Positions 43,276 through 52,357 of a DNA stretch of 64,000 nt are shown piece by piece (the first letter of the stretch is position 1; each line of letters opens with the position of its first letter). The DNA comes from Candidatus Hydrogenedentales bacterium (lineage in GTDB: Bacteria; Hydrogenedentota; Hydrogenedentia; Hydrogenedentales; SLHB01): positions 22,167-86,166 of the forward strand of contig JBMNGZ010000008.1 in NCBI GenBank assembly GCA_050950105.1, read 5' to 3'. The position numbers were made by a program, and so were the translations under genes. The notes below the pieces were generated by a model, which searched no databases, was not told where the DNA came from, and saw nothing but the letters and a program-made list of their open reading frames with translations.

Positions 43276-43662
43276 ATGCGAGTCGAACATCTGGCCCTGA
43301 ATGCTGCCAATCCAGCGGAATTGACCGGATGGTTGTGTGAAAACCTCGGCATGCGCGTACTGCGGCAGTTTGGCGAGCCCCCGAACGCCTTCTTTGTGGC
43401 CGATTCCGAGGGATTCACCGTGCTCGAGATCTACAATAACCCGGACGGTCCCATCCCGGATTACGCGTCGATGCATCCGGCCACACTGCATCTGGCGTTC
43501 GTGACCGACGACGTGGCGGGGACCCTCGAACGACTGCTCGCCGCGGGGGCGGCACCCGAAGCAGGCGTCAGCACGACGCCGGGAGGCGATGAACTGGCCA
43601 TGGTGCGTGCTCCGGGCGGCCTCGCGGTCCAGCTCATGAAACGCGCTGCTCCGTTCATTTAG
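43276..43662 (+). CDS. VOC-family protein (glyoxalase/bleomycin-resistance/dioxygenase superfamily)
   Basis: A 128-aa protein (MRVEHLALNAANPAELTGWLCENLGMRV...HLAFVTDD...) with AAGGAGAG Shine-Dalgarno. It is inserted between the permease and ATPase genes of the opp-like operon. Confidence 0.5.
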   Translation: MRVEHLALNAANPAELTGWLCENLGMRVLRQFGEPPNAFFVADSEGFTVLEIYNNPDGPIPDYASMHPATLHLAFVTDDVAGTLERLLAAGAAPEAGVSTTPGGDELAMVRAPGGLAVQLMKRAAPFI

Positions 43663-43668
43663 GAAACC

Positions 43669-44697
43669 ATGGATACCGTACTCAGCATCCGCAACCTGAA
43701 GACCTGCTTTTTCACCGACGCGGGCGTCGCGAAGGCGGTGGACGGGGTGTCTCTCGACATTCCGAAAGGCAAGACGGTCGCACTGGTCGGAGAGAGCGGC
43801 TGCGGGAAAAGCGTGACCGCGTTGTCCGTGTTGCGGCTTGTGCCCAGTCCTCCCGGCCGCATCGTGGACGGGGAGATCCTGTTTGGCGGCCGTAATCTGG
43901 TGGAGCTGCCGGAGCGGGAGATGCGCCGTATTCGCGGTAACGGCATCTCGATGATCTTCCAGGAGCCCATGACGGCGCTGAATCCGGTATTTCGCGTCGG
44001 CAAGCAGATTGCCGCGGCGATCCGGGTCCATCGCGATGTGACGAAGAAAGAAGCGATGGAACAAGCCGTCGAGCTGCTTGACCAAGTCGGTATCCCGGAC
44101 CCGGCGCAACGGATCCGAGAATATCCGCATCAGATGTCGGGCGGCATGCGGCAGCGGGCCATGATCGCCATGGCGCTCGCGTGCAATCCAGAACTGCTCA
44201 TCGCGGACGAGCCCACCACCGCCCTGGACGTGACCATTCAGGCACAAATCCTGGAGCTGCTCCGCCAGCTCCAGGTCGAGCGGCATATGGCCATCCTGCT
44301 CATCACGCACGACCTCGGCATCGTCGCCGAAACAGCCGATGAAGTGGCCATCATGTATGCGGGAAAAATCGTCGAGCAGGCGACGGTCAACGACCTCTTC
44401 GACCATCCGCTGCATCCGTACACGCTGGGGCTGTTTAAGAGCCTTCCCCGTCTCGACGAACCCCGCGGACGCCTGCGCACGATCGAGGGGCGCGTGCCTG
44501 CCGCCACGCATTTCCCGCCGGGCTGCCGTTTCCACCCACGCTGCGACTATGCCATGGCGGTGTGCCGCAAACAGGAACCGCCGCTCATGGACGGCGCGCC
44601 CGGGCATCGCGTAGCCTGCTGGCTTTATGATGCGGAAGCCACCGGCCGCGAGGGCCGTCCCCTGGGTATCCCCCGGAATGAGGAGGCAGCCCCATGA
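43669..44697 (+). CDS. ABC transporter ATP-binding protein (OppD/DppD-like)
   Basis: Shows Walker A (GESGCGKS), the signature (MSGGMRQR), Walker B ([12 protein letters not shown]) and a C-terminal oligopeptide-ABC extension with Cys residues. Confidence 0.85.
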   Translation: MDTVLSIRNLKTCFFTDAGVAKAVDGVSLDIPKGKTVALVGESGCGKSVTALSVLRLVPSPPGRIVDGEILFGGRNLVELPEREMRRIRGNGISMIFQEPMTALNPVFRVGKQIAAAIRVHRDVTKKEAMEQAVELLDQVGIPDPAQRIREYPHQMSGGMRQRAMIAMALACNPELLIADEPTTALDVTIQAQILELLRQLQVERHMAILLITHDLGIVAETADEVAIMYAGKIVEQATVNDLFDHPLHPYTLGLFKSLPRLDEPRGRLRTIEGRVPAATHFPPGCRFHPRCDYAMAVCRKQEPPLMDGAPGHRVACWLYDAEATGREGRPLGIPRNEEAAP

Positions 44698-45689
44698 CCG
44701 ACTCCGCAGGACAGCAGCCTCTCCTTGAGGTGGATGGCCTGGTCAAATACTTCCCCGTGCGGGGCGGCGTGCTGTCCCGTGTGCTGGGCACGGTCCGCGC
44801 GGTCGACGGGGTCAGCTTCGCGATCCCGAAAGGCAAGACCCTGAGCCTCGTCGGCGAGAGCGGCAGCGGCAAGACCACCGCCGGACGAAGCATTCTGCGG
44901 CTCATTGAGCCGTCCGCGGGGCGTATATTGTTCAACGGGGTCGATCTGACGACGATCGATCGGCGGGCGATGCGCCGTTACCGCAAGGCCATGCAGATCA
45001 TCTTTCAGGACCCGTACGGCTCGCTGAATCCGCGCATGACCGTGTACAACATGCTGTCAGAAATACTGGCGACGCATAAACTGGTGCCGCGAGCGCAGCG
45101 CCGCCAGCGCATCGACGAGCTTCTCGAACTGGTCGGACTGCCGCCGGAAAGCGCCGATCGGTACCCGCATGAGTTCAGCGGCGGCCAGCGCCAGCGTATT
45201 GGTATCGCCCGTGCGCTTGCGGTCGAACCCGAGCTGATCGTCGCCGATGAACCCATCTCCGCGCTCGATGTCTCGATCCAGGCCCAGATCCTCAATCTGC
45301 TGCGCGATTTGCAGGAACAACTCGGCCTGACCTATCTGTTCATCGCCCACGACCTGAGCGTGGTGCGCCACATCTCTGATTTTGTCGCCGTGATGTACCT
45401 GGGGCGCATCGTTGAGCGCGGGCCCGTCGACGATATCTTCGCGCATCCCGTCCATCCCTACACGAAAGCGCTGCTCGCCGCGGCGCCTGTGCCCAATCCA
45501 AAGTGCGCGCGCCGGCGCCAGCCGCTCGCCGGCGACGTCCCGTCGCCGATCCATCCCCCCTCGGGTTGCCATTTCCATCCGCGCTGCCCGGATGCCGTTG
45601 CGGCGTGCCGAGTTACTGAGCAGCGCCTCGTCGAGGTGACGCCCGGCCACTGGGTCGCCTGCAGCGTCCATGCCCCGTACGTGGAATAG
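44694..45689 (+). CDS. ABC transporter ATP-binding protein (OppF/DppF-like)
   Basis: Shows Walker A (GESGSGKTT), the signature (FSGGQRQR) and Walker B ([12 protein letters not shown]). Confidence 0.85.
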   Translation: MTDSAGQQPLLEVDGLVKYFPVRGGVLSRVLGTVRAVDGVSFAIPKGKTLSLVGESGSGKTTAGRSILRLIEPSAGRILFNGVDLTTIDRRAMRRYRKAMQIIFQDPYGSLNPRMTVYNMLSEILATHKLVPRAQRRQRIDELLELVGLPPESADRYPHEFSGGQRQRIGIARALAVEPELIVADEPISALDVSIQAQILNLLRDLQEQLGLTYLFIAHDLSVVRHISDFVAVMYLGRIVERGPVDDIFAHPVHPYTKALLAAAPVPNPKCARRRQPLAGDVPSPIHPPSGCHFHPRCPDAVAACRVTEQRLVEVTPGHWVACSVHAPYVE

Positions 45690-45866
45690 CGGCGCCCGGC
45701 CGGTCGACCGCAAGTCCAGTGCCGATAGGTGCAAGGTTCGTGTGGGAAGCCGCTGGGCAGTCTTTGGACGTGGGCTCAACCGATTTGCCGCCGCCCAGCG
45801 TTTCTTTTCGCAATTGAGGCGCGACTGAGTATAGAATGCGGGCGCGACGCATTCAGGAGAAGACGC

Positions 45867-46286
45867 ATGAATTGTCCCGCCTGCAAAGAACCGATGATCG
45901 GGCTTGAATACGATAAGGTGGAGGTGGACTACTGCCTCGAATGCGCGGGCGTGTGGCTGGACGAAGGCGAGCTGGAGCTTCTGCTGGGCATGGACGCGCC
46001 GGAGGTGGCGTCGATGATCTCAAACGGCGAAGGCCTCGCGGCGGACGAGGCGAAACGGCCCTGTCCCGCCTGCGACCGGCCCATGGCCAAAATGGTGTTT
46101 GGCACGGAAAACCGGGTGATATACGACTGGTGCCCGCAGAACCACGGCCTGTTTCTTGACCGGGGTGAGCTTGTGGCGATTCTCGAACATGCGCCTGAAT
46201 TTGAGCGTGGCAGCGAAATAGCGCAATTTCTGCGCGGCATCTTCACCGAACCGGAAGAGAAACCGGGGCAGGTTTCCGAGACCTAG
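45867..46286 (+). CDS. tandem zinc-ribbon protein (zf-TFIIB-like, two CPxC...C(x)EC/CP half-sites)
   Basis: MNCPACKEPM...VDYCLECAGVWLD and CPACDRPMAKM...DWCPQNHGLFLD. The AGGAGAAG Shine-Dalgarno precedes ATG 45867. Confidence 0.45.
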   Translation: MNCPACKEPMIGLEYDKVEVDYCLECAGVWLDEGELELLLGMDAPEVASMISNGEGLAADEAKRPCPACDRPMAKMVFGTENRVIYDWCPQNHGLFLDRGELVAILEHAPEFERGSEIAQFLRGIFTEPEEKPGQVSET

Positions 46287-46353
46287 ATGAGGCGGATGAG
46301 GAAAGCCATGTCCGGGCGGAACGGGTGTGGCACAACGAGGGAGTGAGTCACCT

Positions 46354-46917
46354 ATGAGTATCCTCGTCGTTCTGATTGTGCTGGCGGTCATCGTGTTCGG
46401 CGCGCTTGCCTGGCTGACCGGCATCTACAACGGCCTGGTCCGGCTGCGCAACGAAGTGAAGAACGCCTGGGCCCAGGTGGATGTGCAGCTCAAACGGCGT
46501 TACGACCTGATCCCAAACCTGATCGAGACCGTGAAGGGCTACGCGAAACACGAACGAGAGACCTTTGAGAAGATTACGCAGGCACGCAGCGCGGCCATGA
46601 GCGCGCAGGGCGTGGCCGAACAGGCCAAAGCGGAGACGCAGCTCAGTCAGGCCCTGGGCGGGTTGCGACTCGTTGTCGAGGCCTATCCCGACCTGAAGGC
46701 CAATACGAATTTCCTCGCCTTGCAGGAGGAACTGACGTCGACCGAGAACAAGATCGGGTTTGCGCGCCAGTTTTACAACGACCAGGTGATGCAACTGAAC
46801 AACAAGGTGCAGATGTTTCCGAGCAATATCGTTGCGGGGATGTTCGGGTTCACACTGGAGGACTTCTTCGAAGTGGAAGAGCCCGAAGCGCGCGAAGCCC
46901 CCAAAGTGCAGTTTTAA
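46354..46917 (+). CDS. lemA: LemA-family protein
   Basis: Shows an N-terminal TM helix followed by the characteristic LemA sequence (YNGLVRLRNEVKNAWAQVDVQLKRRYDLIPNLIETVKGYAKHE...FYNDQVMQLNNKVQMFPSNIVAGMFGF). Confidence 0.8.
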   Translation: MSILVVLIVLAVIVFGALAWLTGIYNGLVRLRNEVKNAWAQVDVQLKRRYDLIPNLIETVKGYAKHERETFEKITQARSAAMSAQGVAEQAKAETQLSQALGGLRLVVEAYPDLKANTNFLALQEELTSTENKIGFARQFYNDQVMQLNNKVQMFPSNIVAGMFGFTLEDFFEVEEPEAREAPKVQF

Positions 46918-46987
46918 GAGCGCGACCGGATTGTGAACCCCGGCCCGGGAGCGCCCCCGGGCTGTATGCAAGAGGATAGCGGCGCCA

Positions 46988-48508
46988 ATGTGGGAAGCCA
47001 TTCGGGCGAACAAACGAAAATCGATCGTTCTCGCTGCATCCATGTTCATGCTGCTGACGGCACTGGGTTTTTTTATCGGCGTCGCTCTGTTTGCGGTTCC
47101 GATGGAGCTTGACGCCTACGGCCAGACCTATCCCGTTCCCCTGCTCGGCGGCGTTTTGGGCGTGCTGGCGGCAAGCGGCGTTTGGGCGTTGCTGACCGTT
47201 ATCGCCTATTTCAGCGGGGGCAGCATCCTGATGGCGGCGAGCGGTGCACGGAGGATCGAGAAGCAGGACCATCCGCAGCTGTTCAATGTCGTTGAGGAGA
47301 TGACGATCGCCTCCGGACTGGGCGCGATGCCGGCCGTGTACATCATCGACGATCCCGCCCTGAACGCATTTGCGACGGGCCGCGACCCTCAGCACGCCGC
47401 GGTGGCCATTACATCGGGCTTGCTCTCGCGGCTGAGCCGCGACCAGCTGCAAGGCGTGATCGCGCACGAGATGGGGCATATCCTCAACCGCGACATCCTG
47501 TTCATGCAGATGCTCGGGGTCATGGCAGGCGCGATCGTGATGATCTCCGATCTATACGTTCGGGGCGTGTTCTATTCGTCCGGGGGGGGACGGCGGCGTT
47601 CGCGCTCGTCTTCGAAAGGCAAAGGCAACCAGTTGCAGGCGCTCTTGCTCTTGCTGGGTCTGGTCTTCGCCGTATTGTCTCCGCTCTTTGCGCAGCTCAT
47701 TTATCTGGCGGCATCCCGCCGGCGCGAATACCTCGCGGATGCCCAAAGTGCGGTCCTCACGCGGTATCCGGAAGGGCTGGCATCCGCCCTGGAACTCATC
47801 GAGCGGGACAGCCAACAGCTCGCCCGCCTCAACCGCAATATCGCCCCCATGTTCATCTGCAATCCGTACAAACGAGGGCTCTCGACGGCCGGCCTCATGC
47901 GGACGCATCCCCCGACGGCAGAGCGCATCCGCATTCTCCGCACGATGGCGGGCGCCGCCTCGTTCGCCGAATACCAGCGGGCGTCGGAGCGTCTCGGGGC
48001 GAAAGCAAACGTGCCGCCGTCGGTCCGGGCCGCGGAGGCGGCTGCGCCGATCCGGGCTGCCCAGCCCGAAGCTCCCCGCGCTCAGCTGCACGAACAGCGG
48101 AAACTGCAGTGGCGTCAGGCGACCGACGCGCTGCGCGGCGTGAACAAGTTCATGTTTCTTACCTGTGCCTGCGGGCTCCGGCTGAAACTTCCGCCCGATT
48201 TCAAAAAAGAGAAGGTCGCATGTCCGCGCTGCCGTCGCGAGCTGGCCCTTCCTGTCGCGGCGCTGGCGGCTGCGCGTTCGCTTGGCGATACGCTGGAACG
48301 CGCCGCAGCATCTTCGCCGCCCGATTCCCGGCGCGAACCGCCGAAAGCTAAAGCTCCGGAGATGCTTTCTGTGAAACGCCAGCCGGGCGCCTGGACCTCG
48401 TTTCGCTGTCCCTGCGGCCAGGTCACCAACCTCCCGCCGGGTTTCGAGGCGCCGACCGTGCAATGCCCTCGGTGCAAGCGCAGCATACGCATTGATGGCG
48501 CCGCGTAA
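46988..48508 (+). CDS. M48-family zinc metallopeptidase (HtpX-like) with two C-terminal zinc-ribbon repeats
   Basis: Shows TM segments, the HEMGH zinc site (VIAHEMGHILNRD), and two C-terminal ribbons: CACG...CPRCRR and CPCG...CPRCKR. Confidence 0.7.
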   Translation: MWEAIRANKRKSIVLAASMFMLLTALGFFIGVALFAVPMELDAYGQTYPVPLLGGVLGVLAASGVWALLTVIAYFSGGSILMAASGARRIEKQDHPQLFNVVEEMTIASGLGAMPAVYIIDDPALNAFATGRDPQHAAVAITSGLLSRLSRDQLQGVIAHEMGHILNRDILFMQMLGVMAGAIVMISDLYVRGVFYSSGGGRRRSRSSSKGKGNQLQALLLLLGLVFAVLSPLFAQLIYLAASRRREYLADAQSAVLTRYPEGLASALELIERDSQQLARLNRNIAPMFICNPYKRGLSTAGLMRTHPPTAERIRILRTMAGAASFAEYQRASERLGAKANVPPSVRAAEAAAPIRAAQPEAPRAQLHEQRKLQWRQATDALRGVNKFMFLTCACGLRLKLPPDFKKEKVACPRCRRELALPVAALAAARSLGDTLERAAASSPPDSRREPPKAKAPEMLSVKRQPGAWTSFRCPCGQVTNLPPGFEAPTVQCPRCKRSIRIDGAA

Positions 48509-48571
48509 GGCGTCGGACGGGAAACAGCCGCGTGCAAGCGGGCGTTTCCTCTCGGCACTGCGCGGGGTGGG

Positions 48572-49540
48572 TCAGCCGGCGGTCCCTTCGATATTCCCAG
48601 GCGCGTGACGGTGCTCGAGAGAACGCTGGAAATAGTCGTCGAGCAGCTCGAACTCGAATTCTTCGATCAGGTCGCCGATGGTGAACTCGGAGGTTTCGCT
48701 GCTGATCAGGACGGCGCCGAGGAGTCCCGGGTCGTGCATCTTCACCTTCGGGCCGTATTGGTTGAGCATGGCCCGGATTCTGCCCCAGTTATGGTCGAGA
48801 TGGATGAGCACGCAGTCGAGATTGACGGTGGCCGTGACGTGAGAGAAGTAATTGGTGGTTGTGGCCAGAATCTCCCCCGTGGGCGCGAGGATGGCGCTGG
48901 GCAGGCCGCAACAGGCGCCCACAAAATGTGCGCGGCAGGAATAGGCCCAGTACGCCTGCATCAGCCCGCCGTGGTACATCGATGAAAACACGATGAGTTC
49001 GGGTTTTTGGGCAGCGTACTTCAGGCGCAGCTCATCGAAATTCAGGTCAAAACAGATCGCACAGGCCACGCGCCCGAAGTCGCATTCAAAAACGGGCGCC
49101 TCCGCACCGTAGAGCATGCCCCACCGGGTGCGTTCCTCGATGACCAGGTGGTTCTTGTTGTAGATGCCCGCGACCTTGCCGGCGCGATCGAGCAGTTGGG
49201 TCGAGTTGCGCCAGCTGCCGTCGTCCATCTCGCGCGCCGCCGAATAGGCGATATAGCATTCGTGCTCCCGGGCGATGGCGGCGAGGGCGTCGCGGATCTG
49301 GTTTCCCCGGATCGTGTAATACTCGAAACGATCCTCGTTGTCATGGTCCGGAAAGCGATCGGAGGCTTCAGGCAGGACGATGAGGTCCGGCCGGGTGGGA
49401 AGCACCTGCGCCAATTGCGCCCGCCAGTGCGCGAGCATGCGGTCAACCGCCTCCTGCCCGAAGACTCGTCCGCTGCGTTCAAAACGCAGGGCAGGGGTGG
49501 CGAATGTGCTGATACGAACGGGTCGGGCCATAACGGACAT
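48572..49540 (-). CDS. carbon-nitrogen hydrolase family protein (nitrilase/amidase superfamily)
   Basis: The E-K-C catalytic triad context is consistent with the fold (LPEASD...; KNHL; ACAICFDLNF). Confidence 0.65.
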   Translation of the reverse strand: MSVMARPVRISTFATPALRFERSGRVFGQEAVDRMLAHWRAQLAQVLPTRPDLIVLPEASDRFPDHDNEDRFEYYTIRGNQIRDALAAIAREHECYIAYSAAREMDDGSWRNSTQLLDRAGKVAGIYNKNHLVIEERTRWGMLYGAEAPVFECDFGRVACAICFDLNFDELRLKYAAQKPELIVFSSMYHGGLMQAYWAYSCRAHFVGACCGLPSAILAPTGEILATTTNYFSHVTATVNLDCVLIHLDHNWGRIRAMLNQYGPKVKMHDPGLLGAVLISSETSEFTIGDLIEEFEFELLDDYFQRSLEHRHAPGNIEGTAG

Positions 49541-49632
49541 TCCTTCGGCATGGGCTGCCGGTCAGGGCTTCGTGTTGGCGCTAGTATAACGATTTTGGAG
49601 GCGGAATATCGTCGGGCAGACCGGCGGCGGGG

Positions 49633-52105
49633 TCATGGCGCCTTGGTCTGGGCATCGGCCAGCGCCTGCTGGATGGCTCTGCTCAGGTCGGCGTCAACAA
49701 ACGGCTTTTCGAGGTAGCCGTTGAATTTGGCCTCGCGTGCCCGCCGTTCATCCATTCGTTCACTGTAGCCCGTGCACAGGATGATGGGGATATCGGGGCG
49801 GATCGCGCGCATGCGTTCGGCGAGTTCCTCGCCCGTCATATCCGGCATGGTCTGATCCGTGATGACCACATCAAAGTCCTGGGGTCTCTCTTCGAAACGA
49901 CGGAGGGCCTCCAGGCTCTTCGTGCAGGACAGCACCCGGTAGCCGCTGCGCTCGAGCGCCATGCGCGCCAGCAGGGCCAACGACTCTTCGTCGTCCACAA
50001 ACAGGATGCGCTCGCCGCGGGCCCGCCGGACGAGGCTTGGGCCTTCGGGCGCGGCGGCATCTTCTTCGTGCCGGTACAAGGGGATATAGACGTCGAAGGT
50101 CGAGCCTTCGCCGGGGGCGCTTTTGACCGTCACAAGCCCCTGGTGGCCGCGCACGATGCCGTGCACAATAGCCAGGCCCATTCCCGTGCCCTCGCCGGGC
50201 GGTTTGGTCGTGAAATAGGGTTCAAAAATCCGTTCGAGGGTGGCTTTGTTCATGCCTTTGCCCGTGTCGGTCACGGACAGATGCGCGTAGTCTCCGGGGG
50301 GCAGGCCGGGCGCCGGCTCGGGTCCGCCGGGCGCGATATCGAGCCGGCGGTAGGTGACGGTGAGCACCCCGCCGCGTTCGCGCATGGCGTGATACGCGTT
50401 GGTGCAGAGATTGACGATAACCTGGTGCAACTGGGTCGGATCGGCCAGGATCTGGCCGCATTCAGAATCGATGTCCCTGCTGAATTGTAATCGTAACGGG
50501 CAACGTGCCCCGAAGAAGCTTCATGGCTTCTTTCAGAACGGGCTGAATCTGTACCGGTTGATGTTCCTGTTCGGTCTGTCGGCTGAAGGTGAGGATCTGG
50601 TGAACCAGTTCCGCGGCGCGGCGGCCCGCTTTGCGCACTTCTTCAATGCATTTACGTGTGACGCTCGGCTCGGGCATGTCTTCCAGGGCCAGCTCGGCAA
50701 ATCCGATGATGGCGCTGAGGATGTTGTTGAAGTCGTGGGCGATCCCCCCGGCCAGCGTGCCGATGGCCTCCATTTTCTGGGCCTGGCGGAGCTGCGCCGC
50801 GAGTTCCATCTCTTGGGTGAGATCGCGCGAGATCGAGATGAAATGCTCCACTTCGCCTGCGGGATTCAGCACCGGCGAAATCGTGACTTCCTTCTCGTAG
50901 AGCGAGCCGTTCTTGCGTTTGTTGGTCAGGCGCCCGCGCCAGGTCTCGCCACGGAGCAGCGTTGCCCACAGTTGCGCGTAGAATGTCGCGCTGTGCCGGC
51001 CGCTTTTGAGTATCCGGGGCGTTTTGCCAATGGCTTCGGCGGACGAAAATCCCGACAGGCGTTCAAAGGCGGGGTTGGCGTATTCGACCACACCTTCGGG
51101 CGTGGTGATGAAGATGCTCTCGCTGGCGTATTCAATCGCCGTCGCCAGCAAGCGGTTTTCGTCTTCCGCACGCTTCTGCGGCGTGATGTCCTCATAGACA
51201 AACACCAGCTCGCCCGTCGAGAGCTTGTACGCAAAACATTCGAACCAGCGCTCGCCGCGCCCGGCAGCCTTTGATGAAAGATACCTCCGAACAGACTTGC
51301 CGGAACGCCAGACTTCGCGGCATACCTCGAGCAGCGGCGCGCCCATGCCTGTAAAATCCACCTCGGCAAGGCGCCGCCCGACGATGTCTTCGCGGAACCG
51401 GCCCGTGATGCGTTCCCCGGCGGCGTTCAGATCCTCGACGATGAAGTCGCTGCCGTCTTCGACTACCTCCAACACGGCCACGCCGCCGTTGATGTTGTTG
51501 AAAAGATCCCGGTACCGCTCCTCGCCCAGACGGATGGCCTGAATCGCGCGGTCGCGCTCGGCAACGGCCTCTTGGGCTGCGCGCTCGTGCCGCCGGATGC
51601 GCAGATACGCGATCCCGAGTCCGAGGGCGACCACGAGCAGGGCCGCCGAAGTGGCCGTCAGGGCTGCGGGGAGCGGCAATGGCTCGCTTTCGGCGGCGAA
51701 CGCCGCACTCGCAGCGCTGAGATGGGCCAGGGCGGCGACAGCGATGATCGCGAAAAACGGCCTTTTACGCAGAACATACCCCCTTCTTGCCCGTTGTGCC
51801 TTCGGAAAGTACGCCGACGGAACCCGAACGCGGGCCGCGGCCTCCCCCTCAGCAGAAAGCGGTGTGGTCCTCATCATGGGTCTAGCTACCGGGCATCCCC
51901 CTGCCCCAGCCCCGCCGTGAGGCTCGGGCGCCAGACATGATACCATAACTGCGGGGTCCACGCTCCCCGTAAGATAGCGGTTGGGAAGGGCATCGCCTGT
52001 CAAGAACGCCACAGGCTGTGCGAGAAGATTCAGATGCTCATTGACATTCATACACGGGCCTCGCCGCGGCGACACCCGAAGATCACCCGCGCAAAGGGCT
52101 CGCAC
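49633..52105 (-). CDS. PAS-domain hybrid sensor histidine kinase (TM-PAS-HisKA-HATPase_c-REC), interrupted by a 1-nt frame change near 50478
   Basis: The upstream piece (50462-52105) ends in HisKA (IAHDFNNILSAI...). The downstream piece (49633-50430) begins within HATPase_c (HQVIVNLCTNAYHAM, DTGKGM, GTGMGLAIV) and ends with a receiver (ILFVDDEESL...VITDQTMPDMTG). Reading DIDSECGQILADPTQLHQV across the junction requires a +1 shift at cagcagg-gacatc. Confidence 0.65.
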
Positions 52106-52357
52106 TTTTCCGGGCCGGCCGGACTGATTCAGATGATGGACAACGCGCCGATCGATAAGGCAGGTGTCATGGGAGGGGTCCGCCCCGAATGCCGGTATAC
52201 CGTGGTGATGGTCGAGGACCTCGTCGAGCTTTGCGCGCAGTATTTCGCTCGCTTGATTCCGTTCTGCAAGCTCGAGCCACGGTTACCTGAGCCATGACGC
52301 CGGCCGCCTTTTGGAGCTGGGTCTGGAATGAACACGCGACACCGGAGGGACCTGACG

